From Cetorhinus maximus (taxonomy: Eukaryota): DNA of 64,000 nucleotides. Under the pieces are notes generated by a model. It saw only the letters and a list, made by a program, of their open reading frames with translations, did not search any database and was not told the DNA's origin. The stretch covers positions 102,982,001 to 103,046,000 of the forward strand of contig NC_135888.1 of NCBI RefSeq assembly GCF_964194155.1, written 5' to 3'. Below, in pieces: positions 10,813 to 23,570 of this stretch. The position numbers and the translations under genes were made by a program. How positions within the stretch are numbered: the first letter of the stretch is position 1; every line of letters starts with the position of its first letter.

Positions 10813-11375
10813 TCAAATGTACTTCATTGGCTGTAAAGTGCTTTGAAAGGTTGTGCGGTCATGAAAGGCGCTATGTAAATGCAAGTCTTTCTTTCTCTCT
10901 AATAGGCTAACGTATCCGCTTCAAAACCAAAAGAGAAGGCATTTCTGACCTTTGTCTGTTAGTACAATCCACTTATGGGTGTCTACCTGCCTTACAGCTT
11001 TAGCTAAACTCCCAGTATGTGCTTTGCTTCCTCCTCTTGTAGTTAGTGTGTCTCAGAAATTGTGCACAATCTTTTCTCGCAAATCAACTTTTCATCTTGT
11101 CAGTCACAGCCGTTAAATTTGACAATGATTCAAACGTTCTCATCACTTTTATTTCGATGGGAATTCCAAAGGAGGGGAGACTCCAATAGATCTCTTGCCT
11201 TAATACTGAGGCCATAGCATCTGGAAGATTCTAATGCTGAATAGGTATGTGGAATAAAAGCTATAACAACAATATTTCTTCCTAACACACATTAAATATG
11301 TAAAGAAATTGCATCTCATTGTTTATATTCCTGCTGTAATATACTATTTATATATTATTAAATATTATTACAACA

Positions 11376-12313
11376 TGTTTTTTATTCATTCCCGGGATGT
11401 GGGCTTCGCTGGCTGGGCCAGCATTTATTGCCCATCCCTAATTGCCCTTGAGAAGGTGGTAGTGTGCTGCCTTCTTGAACCTCTGCAGTCCATGTGGTGT
11501 AGGTACACCCACAGTGCTGTTAGGAAGAGAGTTCCAGGATTTTGACCCAGCGACAGTGAAGGAACGGCGATATGATGTATTTCCAAATCAGGATGGTGAG
11601 TAACTTGGTGGGGGGAGCTTGCAGGTGGTGGTGTTCCCATGTGTCTGCTGCCCTTGTCCTTCTAGATGGTAGTGGTCGAGGGTTTGGAACGTACTCTCAA
11701 AGGAGCCTTGATGAATTTCTGCAGTGCACCTTGTAGATGGTACACATTGCTGCTACTGTGCGACAGTGGTGGAAGAAGTGAACGTTTGTGGATGTGGTAC
11801 CAATCAAGCGGGCTGCTTTGTCCTGGATGGTGTCAAGTTTCTTGAATGTTGATGGAGCTGCACTCATCCAGACAAGTGGGGAGTATTCCATCACACTCCT
11901 GACTTGTGCCTTGTAGATGGTGGACAGGATTGGGGGGGATCAGGAGCTGAGTTACTCGTCATAGAATTCCTAGCCTCTGAAATGCTCTTGTAGCCACAGT
12001 ATTTATATGGCTAGCCCAGTTCAGTTTCTGGTCAATGATAACTCCAAGATGTTGATAGTGCGGGGTTCAGTGATGGCAATGCCATTGAACATCAAGGGGT
12101 GATGGTTAGATTCTCTCTTGTTGGAGATGGTCATTGCCCGACACTTGTGTGGCGCAAATGTTACTCATCACTTGTCAGCCCAAGCCTGGATATATTCCAG
12201 GTCTTGCTGCATTTGGACATGGACTGCTTTGGTATCTGAGGAATCGCGAATGGTGCTGAACATTGTGCAAACATCAGCGAACATCCCCACTTCTGACTTC
12301 ATGATGGAAGGAA
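11376..12313 (-). mobile_element. 5'-truncated LINE (CR1/L2/Jockey-group; here 'family A'), RT C-terminus + 3'UTR + poly(A)
   Basis: Minus ORF MEYSPLVWMSAAPSTFKKLDTIQDKAARLIG. Homologous to 55980-56465 and 21425-22760. Confidence 0.8.
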
Positions 12314-12419
12314 GCCTTAGAAGGCTAACTTGAATTTAGTTGGCTTTTTAAGCATTCACTTAATTCTTCAGTCTCTGAAAAAAGTTTTTCATTAAATTTT
12401 ATTTATGAAAATGATATTT

Positions 12420-13320
12420 TTAAATATCACAGAAGTTGTGTAATAGGGAGATTGAGTTTGGGATATATTTATGAATTTGGCAGTTAGCAGCAGCAGCATT
12501 TGGGCCTTGAAATTGTAGTGTATCAACAAAACTGAGACTGAGGGCTGGATAATATGGGCTTTGGGGGTGGGGGGGATGGGGGTGGTGGGGATGGGGGGCG
12601 CGGACCACTCCATGCCGGCTCACCCCGTGACATGCTGTGGGCAGGCTTAACGAGGGCCACTTGGGACTTCCACCCCTCACTGGGGAGGATGACCCACCAT
12701 GGGAGCTGCTGACCAATTGGATTGGCTGGCAGCTCCATCAGTCCCGACAGTGCCATGAGTGTGTTAGCAGCTGCTGCCAGGGCTGCAAGAGGAAGACGAA
12801 GAAGGCCCAGGGATCCCTGAAGCGGGTTAATCTGGGATCTTGGGCAGGGAGAGTTTTGGCAGGTCAGCGAAGGGGATGTGGGTGCGGTGGGGGGTGGTTG
12901 GGGGGGGTGGGGGGGTTGTGCGTGGATGGTGGTGGATTTAAGGCTGTAGGGATTAGGAAGAAATGGGGAAGATTCCATCTTAGGCGGGTTGGATCCTGAT
13001 CTGCAAAGGGCAGTCCCTGAAGATCGAAACCGCCCCAATTCCTTCCCGCCCTTTAATGTATGCAGTTAAGAAAACTGGGCTGTCCACTCCTGCTCAACAG
13101 CCCATGCCAAACATTTTATGGCGTAGGCAGTGTATTATCAGGGTCAATTGGCTTGGTAAAAAGTCTAATTGACCCTTGATTACCTACTTAAATATGGTGG
13201 GCCGGCAGCTGATTTCAGCGCTCCCCCAAGCATGTTATGGGGATCAGCTCTGGGGTGGGTGGGAAGATGGTGGGGTGGGAAGATGCCCGGCAGGGTCACG
13301 TAAAATGCATCCCTGAGTAA
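12420..13320. mobile_element. GC-rich non-autonomous DNA-transposon-like (MITE) remnant
   Basis: GC-rich block with CCAATTGG/TTAATTG/G-run motifs resembling 35305-35880 and 61449-61720. Ends not resolved. Confidence 0.35.
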
Positions 13321-14356
13321 AATTGTTTGCTCAATGAAGTAGATTCTCTATTATCTCAGAGACATGAAGTAACTACCTGCTGTCCTAGTTTAAAAGAAGC
13401 ACAACCTTCAGCTAATGAGCACAATTTAAAAACATTCTGTGAACAGGTCATTTAGAGGTTCCTTTGTTCATTTATTCCTTCCATCATATATAGCAATGGG
13501 AAAATATAAGAGTAATGTGAAATCAGCAGCTTGTGCGTTCTTCCATGATTCACTTGATCTTTCTCACTCACACCCTGCATAATTCTTGTTGCCTTCTGCC
13601 AAGGGAAGTGCTGAAATATTTTCTTTCAATGGAACTTATGTCAGTTTGGCTTCCAGCTGCCATTCTTGTTGTGTATTCAGCCTTGTTTCCTCATCATGTC
13701 ACGCTTTAAGTTTGGCAACAAGTTTACTCCAAAATGGATACCCCTTATTTTAAAATTGGAGCGTAGATACAGTGTGCAGGTCAGAAGTGCCCATGACTGT
13801 GGCAGCAGATGGCCCGGATTTTATTACCACCTACATTAGCACATAGAAGGCAGGAATCCTGCTCAAACCCAGTGAAAATTACATGGCTGCTGGTGGGTGG
13901 GAGTGGGACTTGGGCCTCCTTCAGCATCTTCTTGCAGTCCGGCAGTGGCCACTAATATGCTCTTGGTGCTGCCAGGACTTCCTGAGGCAGGAATCCACTT
14001 CTGGGGACTCGAGGCAGTGTCGGTGGTGGGCATCCAGAATCAATCACAATCTGGGAAGGGGAAATGAAGCTTGGGACAAAAAGGACTCCTCCTGACTCAG
14101 AAGGAAACTATCAAAAAATAAAAAAAATGAAACCTGCCTCATCCTCTTCTGTCCACCATATTTCACTGGCAGTGTGTCAGCACTGCGACTGATAGTTTAA
14201 ACACCATAGAGGTTCGAATAACAGCATTGCTGAATGCAACCATATTCTGCGCTCTGGGAGATGTGGGCAAAATCTCTTGTAGCAGAATGAAAGAAGCTAG
14301 TAGAAAAGAAGTTAAGGGTCTCCTAGGTGCACTCCCTCACCAGTTATCTTCTCATT

Positions 14357-14772
14357 TTTTGGGGGAAAAATATACTTTATTCATAAAATATCTGAAAGAA
14401 TGTTACAAAACATTTCAAAATGGCCATCACAAAATCATATTCAAGTTTTCCATATAGATCATGAGGTGCTTCAATACAATCAATGAACATTACAGACATT
14501 TCAACATGGTCGTTACAGACAGTCCAGTCAGTGCAATGGTATTCAAGTTATCGTCATAGATTATGTTGCACTCTGTGGTGCTTCAATACAATTGTGATAC
14601 ATGTTGTACTCACTGCATACTTTCAACATAAGTCATACAGCCCAAGGGGTCTAAACAACTCCCAGCCCCTCAGTGCACTATGGCAGAAAGGTCTCAGACA
14701 GCAAACTTTCCCCATTGCACCTTTGCAGCAGCTGCCCCAAACTTTAGTGCATTCCTCAGCACATAGTCCTAA
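14357..14772 (-). mobile_element. L1/Tx1-type LINE 3' end
   Basis: Minus strand reads DYVLRNALKFGAAAAKVQWGK, then a 3'UTR with AATAAA and an A-rich tail. Confidence 0.55.
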
Positions 14773-15425
14773 ACCTCAGAAAAAAACAGTCTGCAACACT
14801 CAGTCAGGGACAACTCTTTGCACTGGAAGACCACAGCTAATGTTAATAACACTTCCCATACCCTCCCTCCAAGCTCCTTTATCCAAATGAAAGTGGCAAT
14901 AAGAGCATCCCCTTTTAATAATGCTAACTAACCTCTTAAACCTTCAATATGGTGGTCATTATGCTCATTATGACCTGGAAGTGTGCAACATGTAATATAG
15001 ATATAGGCAAAAAGATTAGGATCCCAGGGCCCCACAGCTGAAAAAAGTGTTACAGATTCTATTTGCATATGCAGTAGGAATTTATCATAGGCATTGGAAG
15101 TAAATATGGGGAGAGATGTAAAACAGGTTACCAATTTGCTATAACTCAATTTACACAATCGCAAAATTAGACCCAGCATGTATTTCACTAGCATCATGGC
15201 GTTGTGCAATCACTAATTTATTTTTTATAGCATAGTATTGATTTCAAGTCTACTACCTGTATAATTCAACACTTCAGACACTTATGATCAATTATCTTAA
15301 ACTGGTCATTCCATTTCCAAGGAGATGCTTAACCAATTGGTGCTAGAGAAGGCAGGGGAAGAAATGCGTAAATCTTTTGAGCATATTCAGGATGGTGTAG
15401 ATTGTACATAGCTGACAGGCTTAAT

Positions 15426-15986
15426 TGCCTATTCATCACTCAGCAATGTCTGTAAATTTATTGACCCAAATGAACATTAAGGCTGCATTCATCAATGAAT
15501 GATTTTAATTCCTGCACTCCTCACTCTGTCTTGTTCATTTTCTGTCCCACTCCTTCTCACAATTTATTTTACTTTTTCACGTTTTGCTATTACCATTTAT
15601 TTTTATCTGCATTCAAATAAAATTACAAGATGCTTTATTTCTTGAACAATGCAAAGGTATTAAGGTTAATGATACTGTGACTATGTGTTTAGAAAATTAT
15701 CTCTCTTTATTGATAGAATGATTAATTTAAATATAATGTTTTTGTGGTACAAATATGATGGGTAATCTTATTCAGAAAGCATTGTTGGTGATAAATTTAA
15801 TATATTACCAAGGAACAGCAAGTTCTTAAGAAAAGCCTTGCAGATTAAATCTGCCTATTCATCACTCAGCAATGTCTGTAAATTTATTGACCCAAATAAA
15901 CATTAAGGCTGCATTCATCAATTGAATGATTTTAATTCCTGCACTTCTCACTCTGTCTTGTTCATTTTCTGTCTCACTTCTCACAA
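15426..15986 (+). repeat. ~135-bp direct repeat pair (15426-15562 and 15852-15986)
   Basis: TGCCTATTCATCACTCAGCAATGTCTG...TTCTCACAA occurs twice, with only a few substitutions/indels. Confidence 0.9.
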
Positions 15987-16242
15987 GGTCCATAATATAT
16001 AAAAAAGCTTTACTTGCCATTCATTTGTAAAAAAAATGCATCATTGCAATAAATTGTTATAGAACTTTACTTGATTATATTACTTTCATGCTATGGAGCT
16101 TTAATATCTCACATGATACTTTGCAATGAGACATTGGCTCGAATTTTCCGGTATCTATATTATCGGAGATTGGATGTAAATTGGGAGATACGCATCAGAG
16201 TTCAGTGGAATCCTGCATGTTAACTAGTGGAAACTGCATGCG

Positions 16243-16783
16243 ATAGACAGAGCTGTAAAATCCAACAGCCAATGGATGAGATCAAAGCTCTCAGTCCTGC
16301 CACAACCAGTTGTGAATGGTGGTGGGCAATTAAACAGCTAATCAGAGGAGGCAGCTTCACAAACAACCCCAGTGTCAGTAGTGGGGGAGCCCAACAGGGC
16401 AGAGCAAAAGACAAGGCTGAAACATTTCCCAGTATCTTCAGCCAGAAGAGCCAGGCATATTATCTATCTTGGCCTTGTAAGGTCCCCAGCATCACAGATG
16501 CCAGTCTCTAGCCAATTTGATTCATTCCATGTGATATCAAGGAACAGTCGAAGACACTGGATTCAGCGAAGGCTAAGGGTCCCATCAACATCCCAACTGC
16601 AGTGCTGAAGACTTGCCCTCCAGAACTAGTCGCACCCTTAGCCAAGCTCTTTCTGTACAGTTACAACGCTGGTATCTAATTGACAAAGTGGAAAATTGCC
16701 CAGCAATATTCTGTGCACCATCAGCAGGACAAAAACTAACTGGCCAATTACCTCCTCTTCAGTCTACTCTCAATCATCAGCAA
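16243..16783 (+). mobile_element. Internal ORF2 fragment of family-A LINE
   Basis: LSPATTSCEWWWAIKQL..KDKAETFPSIFSQK; its 3' part is homologous to 55340-55620. Confidence 0.7.
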
Positions 16784-18404
16784 ATGAGAGATGCAAAGAA
16801 TGTTGCTAAACCTGAGGAAGAACAACCTATAATGAACTGGTCCCAGTGTCCCAAAAATATGAACATGTGATGTCTACAAAATCTCTCTGACCACATATTT
16901 CATTGTCTACTATTTCATACTATTTCTGGGATGAATAATTTGGGACTAATGTGGAGCAGCAGTAGATATCTTGAGATTACATCTGCAACAAAGTATATGA
17001 ATATAACATGATTAATATAGAAAATGTTCCAAAGAGCTTCAGAGAGGTGTGAGCTATGGGAGGAGAAATAGATGGGGGCAAGAGGGAGGGTGACCAACAA
17101 TTTGGTTAAAGAGATGTGCTTTGACGAGGAGAAAGAAGTGGCGTGACAGAGGAATTCAATAAAGAAATACCAGAGGGTAGTATTTTGTTCATTTAAGATA
17201 TGGCTGCAAATGGCTGGTGATAGAATGGTCTTCTAGAGTCAGGGGAACAGAGAGCTCAGAAGTATAGGGAGGCCTGGAAGAAATTCATGGGACAGAGAAG
17301 GATCAGGCCATGAATGAATTTAAATCCTTTTTTTATGTCTATGTGATATGGACCCTTCAGAACACACCAGGAGAGGGTTAATCTTTTCCAACAAGCACCA
17401 GTACTTGCTCCATCCCTCACAAGCAGCAGAACTGACATTAGTAGCCCAGGTGGCATAGACAGTGAATTAGAGAGGTCTGCATCTGGTGAATTTAAAAACA
17501 CAGATGAGCAGGAGCTATTGGAACTTATGTCCTAGTGTGAAGCTGTGGTGTTGAACTTGTCTGCCACCATCCTCCAGGCCCATTGCAGGGTCTGTTCAGG
17601 CAGCCGCTACCATCTAAAGGGAACAGGACTGGCTTGTGTCAACTTGTCCTGCACCTGAGAATCAAGGTGGGTTTGCCTGCAACATTTTGTTCTCCAGACA
17701 CCTCCCATAGGTTTGCACAGAGATAAATAGAAAATCCGCTTTAAGAGGTTCATTCGTCCTTCAAATGTGTGGTGAGCTTATCAAAAATTTTCCTCCTTTT
17801 CAAATTGGGTGGGCCACTTGAAGTGCTTGTGCAGTTTAACAATGAAATATAGCTGAAACCTGACTATCAAATGGTGCAGGCCTCCAAATAGTATTAAATT
17901 AGAATTTATTTTTGTTGATCTTATTCCAAAGTATCCAAAGTCATTTCCAGACGGTAACTGTGCTAACTTAATTTCATCATCCAGTTTGGGTCAACCCTTG
18001 CAACTTCATTTTGATGGCTAGATATAAAATTGATAATTTTACATTAGGGATACAAAACTGCTCAACTCTCTGGCTATAATTTGCACGGCAATTACCGTCA
18101 AGTGAATTGTATTATTTTTATTAACAATTTAATGGGTTCGCAATTAGCATGAGATATTACTTCATAAGTAGGTGGTGTTGGCTATCAAATGTATCAGCAG
18201 GTTGCAGCAAATGAATGCCGCTTTTTAATGTGCTGGGGAATATGCTCTACCTGTTAATGGAAGTGTAGAGATAGTAGGCAGAGAATTAGTGAGCTGATTA
18301 GTGTTGGCTGTGGCATATGAAGTGATGCCATTTCACTTTAGTATAGTCTATATTGTAGGCTCTTGATTGAAATGTGGACTTTGCCTTGTGAAATATCTTT
18401 TGGG

Positions 18405-18825
18405 GGAACAATAATGGATTTACATAGCATCTTTCATACCTGTAGGGCATCCCAAAGCAATTCACAGCAAACAAATTATTTTTGAAGTAGTTTTGTAAGC
18501 AAACACAGCAGCTAATTTGCACATAGCAATGTCCCATAAAAAACAAGTGAGATAAATAATCAGCTAATTTGTTTTGGTTGAGAGGGGGACTTTAGCTAGG
18601 ATATCAGGTCTACTCCCACTCTTCATGAAGTCATGCTATGGGATCTTTTATCCATACAGACAAGGATTCACTTTAATGTCTCATCCAAATGACAGATGCT
18701 CCGATAATGCAGATTAATACTCCATCAAAGTACCAGCCTAGACTATGTGCTGAAACTTAGTGGGGTGGAACCCACAACTGTTTGTATCAGCTGCGAGTGT
18801 AATACCACAAAGCTAAACTGACATG
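18405..18825 (-). mobile_element. Old SINE with L2-type tail
   Basis: ATTTACATAGCATCTTTCA..CCCAAAGCAATTCACAGC is the reverse complement of the tail at 10827-10885. B-box-like GGGTTCCACCCC on the minus strand near 18762-18773. Confidence 0.5.
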
Positions 18826-19917
18826 TTGGCCCCAATATTTTCAGCAAGGTTGGTGAGATAAGGTTGGGGGGGTACCTAGAAACCTCAGGAATGCAGAGGT
18901 ACTGCCAAATTTAATGGTAGGACCTCATTATCATTTGTCAATTCTGTTTCCTGCCAAGCAGCTGGCCAGGTTGACAATGTAGCCAGCTGTCAGGCAGGCA
19001 CCAGCAGCAGAATTTTGCAAGTGAGCTGGTTCCTGGAAATTGGAAAACATTGGGACATGATGCACGTTTTGCAGCACCTAAGTGGGGTGAGGGTGGCAAG
19101 AAGAGATCACGATGCAGAAGCGGGTTCGGGAGAGACTGCAGGATCGACGGTGGGCCAGAACATGCCAAATGAAGGAGGGAGGGAAGGAGAGATTGCGGGG
19201 CAGAAAGGGGGTGTTGCTACCCCAGCAATTGGTGGTGTAAAGACAGGGAAGTAGAGGTTAGGGGGGGGCAGAGACCAGAAATTGGGAGCGGAGCAAAAAC
19301 TGGGGCATGGGCAAAGGCTTCAGGCTGATATCACCTGCGAGGAGAGCCTGTGAGTGGCAGAAGGTTTGTTCAAGGCACTGGGAGGTGCACTCCGACTCCT
19401 CCTGGCTCAAACTGTGCTATTAAAGCACCACAGCTTGATCTGGCTGTTCCTGTCTCTAGTAAGTTGTTGGCTTTCCCACGCCTTGTTGACCAATGTTATA
19501 TTTAAATCAGGATCACGGATGCACTGTGGGAACCTCTTTAAATATTACAATGAAGTGTTTTGTGTCTCAAGAATGGAACACAGGTACCACGCAACCTGCC
19601 ACCTTAGAAATGTGGCAGGAAAGATTTTTAAAATGTTAACACCCTCTGACACTTCCTCAGTTGTCGTGGGGGTGTTGCTGTTGACCCCATTATATTCCAT
19701 ACCTTGCAAAGCACTGATGATATGTAGCTGTAACCCATCAGGATATGTGTTGTACCCTATAAACAGTAAATTAGCTAATAAAAGCCACATGTTTCTGAAT
19801 GCTGTACTTTGTATTATAGTCAATTAACTATTTTAAAGCGAATATTTTACGTGATAAAATGATAGATTCTGTTGGGACTTTGTGCTAGAGGAGTGGGAAA
19901 AGTGTGGGAGTCATATT

Positions 19918-21327
19918 TGTTAATTCATTCTGAAGCCAGATGGTAAACCACCACACCCCATGACCTTACGTTGATCCATTTAACCGATCTGTTCCCCACA
20001 CTTTTGAGGTGCAACCACGATCTAACATGGCACAATTAAATGAATCCTCAACAAATACAGTCATTACCAGAGTAAAGATTCTTGTGACTAGTACAATTCC
20101 CTCCAAGTAATTACTATCATTATCTTCAACTTCTAAATTCTCGGTGTCATGCGTTGCTTCGAAAACACAGTTGTTTTGCTTTGGGCGGTTCTTCGCATAA
20201 TGATATTTTGAGTCACACCTAAAGCATCTGTTAACTGCCTCTGGGCATTCCGAGGGTTTATTCATCTATTATTGCTACTCCAATCCTGTCACTTGCTAGA
20301 TTTGCTAAAATTGCCTTCATCCTAATTCCTTATGTCTGTAATTCTTCTCTTGTTCAGATGCCCACGCCCCATATCTGAACAATCTCAAAATGCTGCAATC
20401 ATTGAGTCCTCCATCCATTGTGACATCACAGAATGTCCCATTTGTGTCATCAAGGCTGTAGAAATGACTGCTTCCCCAGGATTTTTTTAAAGCAGCAGGC
20501 ATTTAACACAAAAGGATGCCTCTTTCTGGAAATCGAACACCAGTTAAGACCAGGAGCCTATCCTGATGCAACGCCTCAGCACAATGCATCCATTTAAATG
20601 CAAAGACTGATTAAGGAACCTCCGAATTGAACTCCTGCAATTTTTTATACAGTTTGTTAAAGTCCACGATATATTCATCTATAGAATAACCAGCCATCTT
20701 TCGAATCTATCATAAATCTGACCATGACTCGTAGGCATCTAATAAACCACCTCTCTTAAATTTCATCCATGAGCTGAATAGAAGATCTGAACCTTCAGTA
20801 TCCAACTGACAGGCATTTAGCTCACAAAATACTTTGCTTCTGATTTTACTTTTGTTAGGAAGTGACAATGCCAAGGCCATACCTTGTTTTCTCTTTGGTA
20901 AAGACGTAACCCACGTCCACATATCCACTTAATTTTCCACTTGTCATAACCTTTCAGATTCAGAGAACATTGGTGGGTAATCATACCCTGACAATTTACA
21001 CTTCAGCCATTCTTCACAAAAGTAACTCAGGTTTCAAGCTTCTGTGTGATTTTTTTTCTTAGTTTCCAACCTGCCCCTTTAGGCAACCACTCTCTGCTAC
21101 TGTGTTAACTCATTCTGAAGCCAGATGGTGAAGGAGGAAACCAGACGCTAATCTTTCACTGAATACTAGATTTATGTACAGAATGCAGCATTACAAATAT
21201 TTGCCTCCCCCCTAATCAACACCAAGCGCCTCAGAAGTCTCTTTTTGTTTATGTTCAAGGTACTTAAACAGCCAATGCCTCTTACCTGTATTATTAACTT
21301 TAATAATACATGAACATGCCATTAACA
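19918..21327 (-). mobile_element. Internally deleted Copia (GalEa-like) LTR retrotransposon
   Basis: 5' LTR 21103-21327 (TGTTAA..TTAACA); 3' LTR stub 19918-19945; ATATT TSD (19913-17 / 21328-32); degenerate PBS CAGTAGCAGAG; gag remnants (DMWTWVTSLPKRKQGMALALSLP; CFRCDSKYHY knuckle); protease AMLDRGCT. Confidence 0.75.
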
Positions 21328-21424
21328 ATATTCTGTCCTATAGGTTGTACCATTTTCATCTCTTTCTAAATGGAACTCCTGGAAAAGTTGGTAAAGTGAT
21401 GGGTAAGAAAATCCCAACATATAA

Positions 21425-22790
21425 TTTTTTTTTCTTATTTATTATTCATTCATGGGACGTGGACATCGCTGGCAAGCCCGGCATTTATTGGCCATCCCTA
21501 ATTTCCCTTGAGAAAGATGGTAGTGAGCTGCCTTCCTGAACTGCTGCTGTCCATATGGTGTGGGTACACCCAGAGTGCTGTTAGGGAGGAAATTCCATCA
21601 TATTGTCCCAGCGGCAATGAAGAAACAGCTGATACATCCAAGTCAGTATGGTTTGTGACTTGGAGGGGAACTTGGAGGTGATAGTGTTCCCATTTGTCCA
21701 CTGTTCTTGTTGTTCTAGGCGGTAGAAGTCATGGATTTGGAAGGTACGCATTGTAGACACAGTGTGATGGTGGTGGAGCGAGTGGATGTATAAGGTGGTC
21801 GATGGGTGCCAATCAAAGCAGGTTGCTTTATCCCGGATGATGTTGAGTTTCTTAAGTATTGTTGGTGCTGCACTCATTCAGTCAAATGGGGCGTATTCCA
21901 TCTCACTCATGACTTGTGTCATGATGTTTGAAAGGCTTGGGGGAAATCGAGAGGCGAGTTATTCACAGTAGCATAGATAGCCTGTGAACTGCTCTTATAG
22001 CCACAATGTTTATGTGGCTGTTCCAGTTAAGTGAATGGTAACATTGATGCTGTGAATTCAGCATGGTAATCCCGGTACATTCAAAGAGTTGTGGCATAGA
22101 CTCTCTTTTGTTGGAGATGGTCATTACCTGGCACTTGTACGATGTGAATCTTACTTACCACTTATCAGCCCAAACACGAATGTTGTCCAGGTCTGCTGTA
22201 TGCAGAGGGACTGCTTCATTATCTGAGATGTTGTCAATGGAACTGTACACTTTGTGATTATCAGTAAACAGTCCTACTTCTCATCATATGATGGAGGGAA
22301 GATCATCGATGCAGAAGTTCCTTAGGAAAGTTGCTTCAATTATGTCCTGGGGCTGAGCTTTTTGACCTCCACCAACTACAACCATCTTTCGTTGTGTTAT
22401 GCACGGCTCCAACATTCCCATTGACTTCAAATTTACTAGGGTTCCTTGATGCTGCATTCAGTCAAATGCTGGCTTAATGTCTCTCTGCCTGATCCTATAT
22501 CTGTTTATCTCTCTCGTGTTGTTATTTATCTGAGTTTGCTGTACGCAAATTGGCTGCCTCCCTTCCTACACCTACCTTTGAAATTCAGCTTATTTGTTCA
22601 TGCCTTGACCAAGGCTGTAATGAGGTCTGGAATGAGTGGTCCTGGTGGACTCCAAATTAAGCATCAGTGAGCAAGTTATTGGTGTGTGCCACTTGATAGC
22701 ACTGTCGACAACACTCTCCATAATTTTGCTGATGATTGAGAGTTGTCTGATGTGGCGGTAATTGGCCAGAATGGATTTGTCCTACTTTTC
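21425..22790 (-). mobile_element. Decayed family-A LINE
   Basis: Same 3' tail and MSAAPTILKKLNIIRDKA motif as 11376-12313. Confidence 0.75.
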
Positions 22791-23024
22791 TGTCCTGACA
22801 GTAAAATTGATCTGTATGTGAACAGTACACCATCAATTGCAAACATGGGATAAAACACATCAACTGGGAGTTTTATCAATCACAATGGATTTTATTCCAT
22901 CAATGCACAGCTTGTTTGCAACCAGAAGCAAAGTCTCACATGATCCTCAGGTGCGTCATTGAGAAAGACATTGGTGTGTTGAAGATGTGCTTCAGGTGGA
23001 TAACTGGGTGCGGAGACGCTTTTC

Positions 23025-23570
23025 AGTAACATTGAAAGATTTATGGCTTGGAAAGAGGCCATTTGGCCCATCCTATCCATGCTGGCCAAAAAGAGCTCTC
23101 CAGCCTAATCCCACCTTGCAGCTCTTGGTCTGTAACCCTGTAGGTTACAGCACCTCAACTGTATATCCAAGTGTTTTTAAATGGGAATGAGGATTTCTGC
23201 CTCTAGCACCCTTTCAGGTATGAGTTCCAGACCCTCGGCACCTTCTGTGTGAAAACAATTCCTTCTCAACTAAATACAGAGATAAAAACAAAAAACTACT
23301 GCGGATGCTGGAAATCCAAAACAAAAACAGAATTACCTGGAAAAACTCAGCAGGTCTGGCAGCATCGGCGGAGGACTCAGCATGAGGACTCGAAACATCG
23401 ACTCTTTTCTTCTCCGCCGATGCTGCCAGACTTGCTGAGTTTTTCCAGGTAATTCTGTTTTTGTGTTCCTTCTCAACTACCTGCTAATCCTTCTACCAAG
23501 TATTTTAAATTCATTCTCCTGGTTATTGACTTCTCTGATAAGGGAAATAGGTCCTTCCTATTCACTGTAT
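23025..23570 (-). mobile_element. CR1 3' fragment
   Basis: GAGGCCATTTGGCCCATC..CCAATCCCA-like..GAGTTCCAGACCC pattern shared with the other CR1 tails in the window. Confidence 0.6.
23273..23465. mobile_element. Palindromic Penelope pLTR mini-element with 14-bp TSD
   Basis: TTCCTTCTCAACTA at 23259-23272 and 23466-23479. Arms 23321-23373 / 23412-23464 (1 mismatch). Near-identical to pLTR 7415-7530. Half-hammerhead CATGAGGACTCGAAACATCGAC in the loop. Confidence 0.9.
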
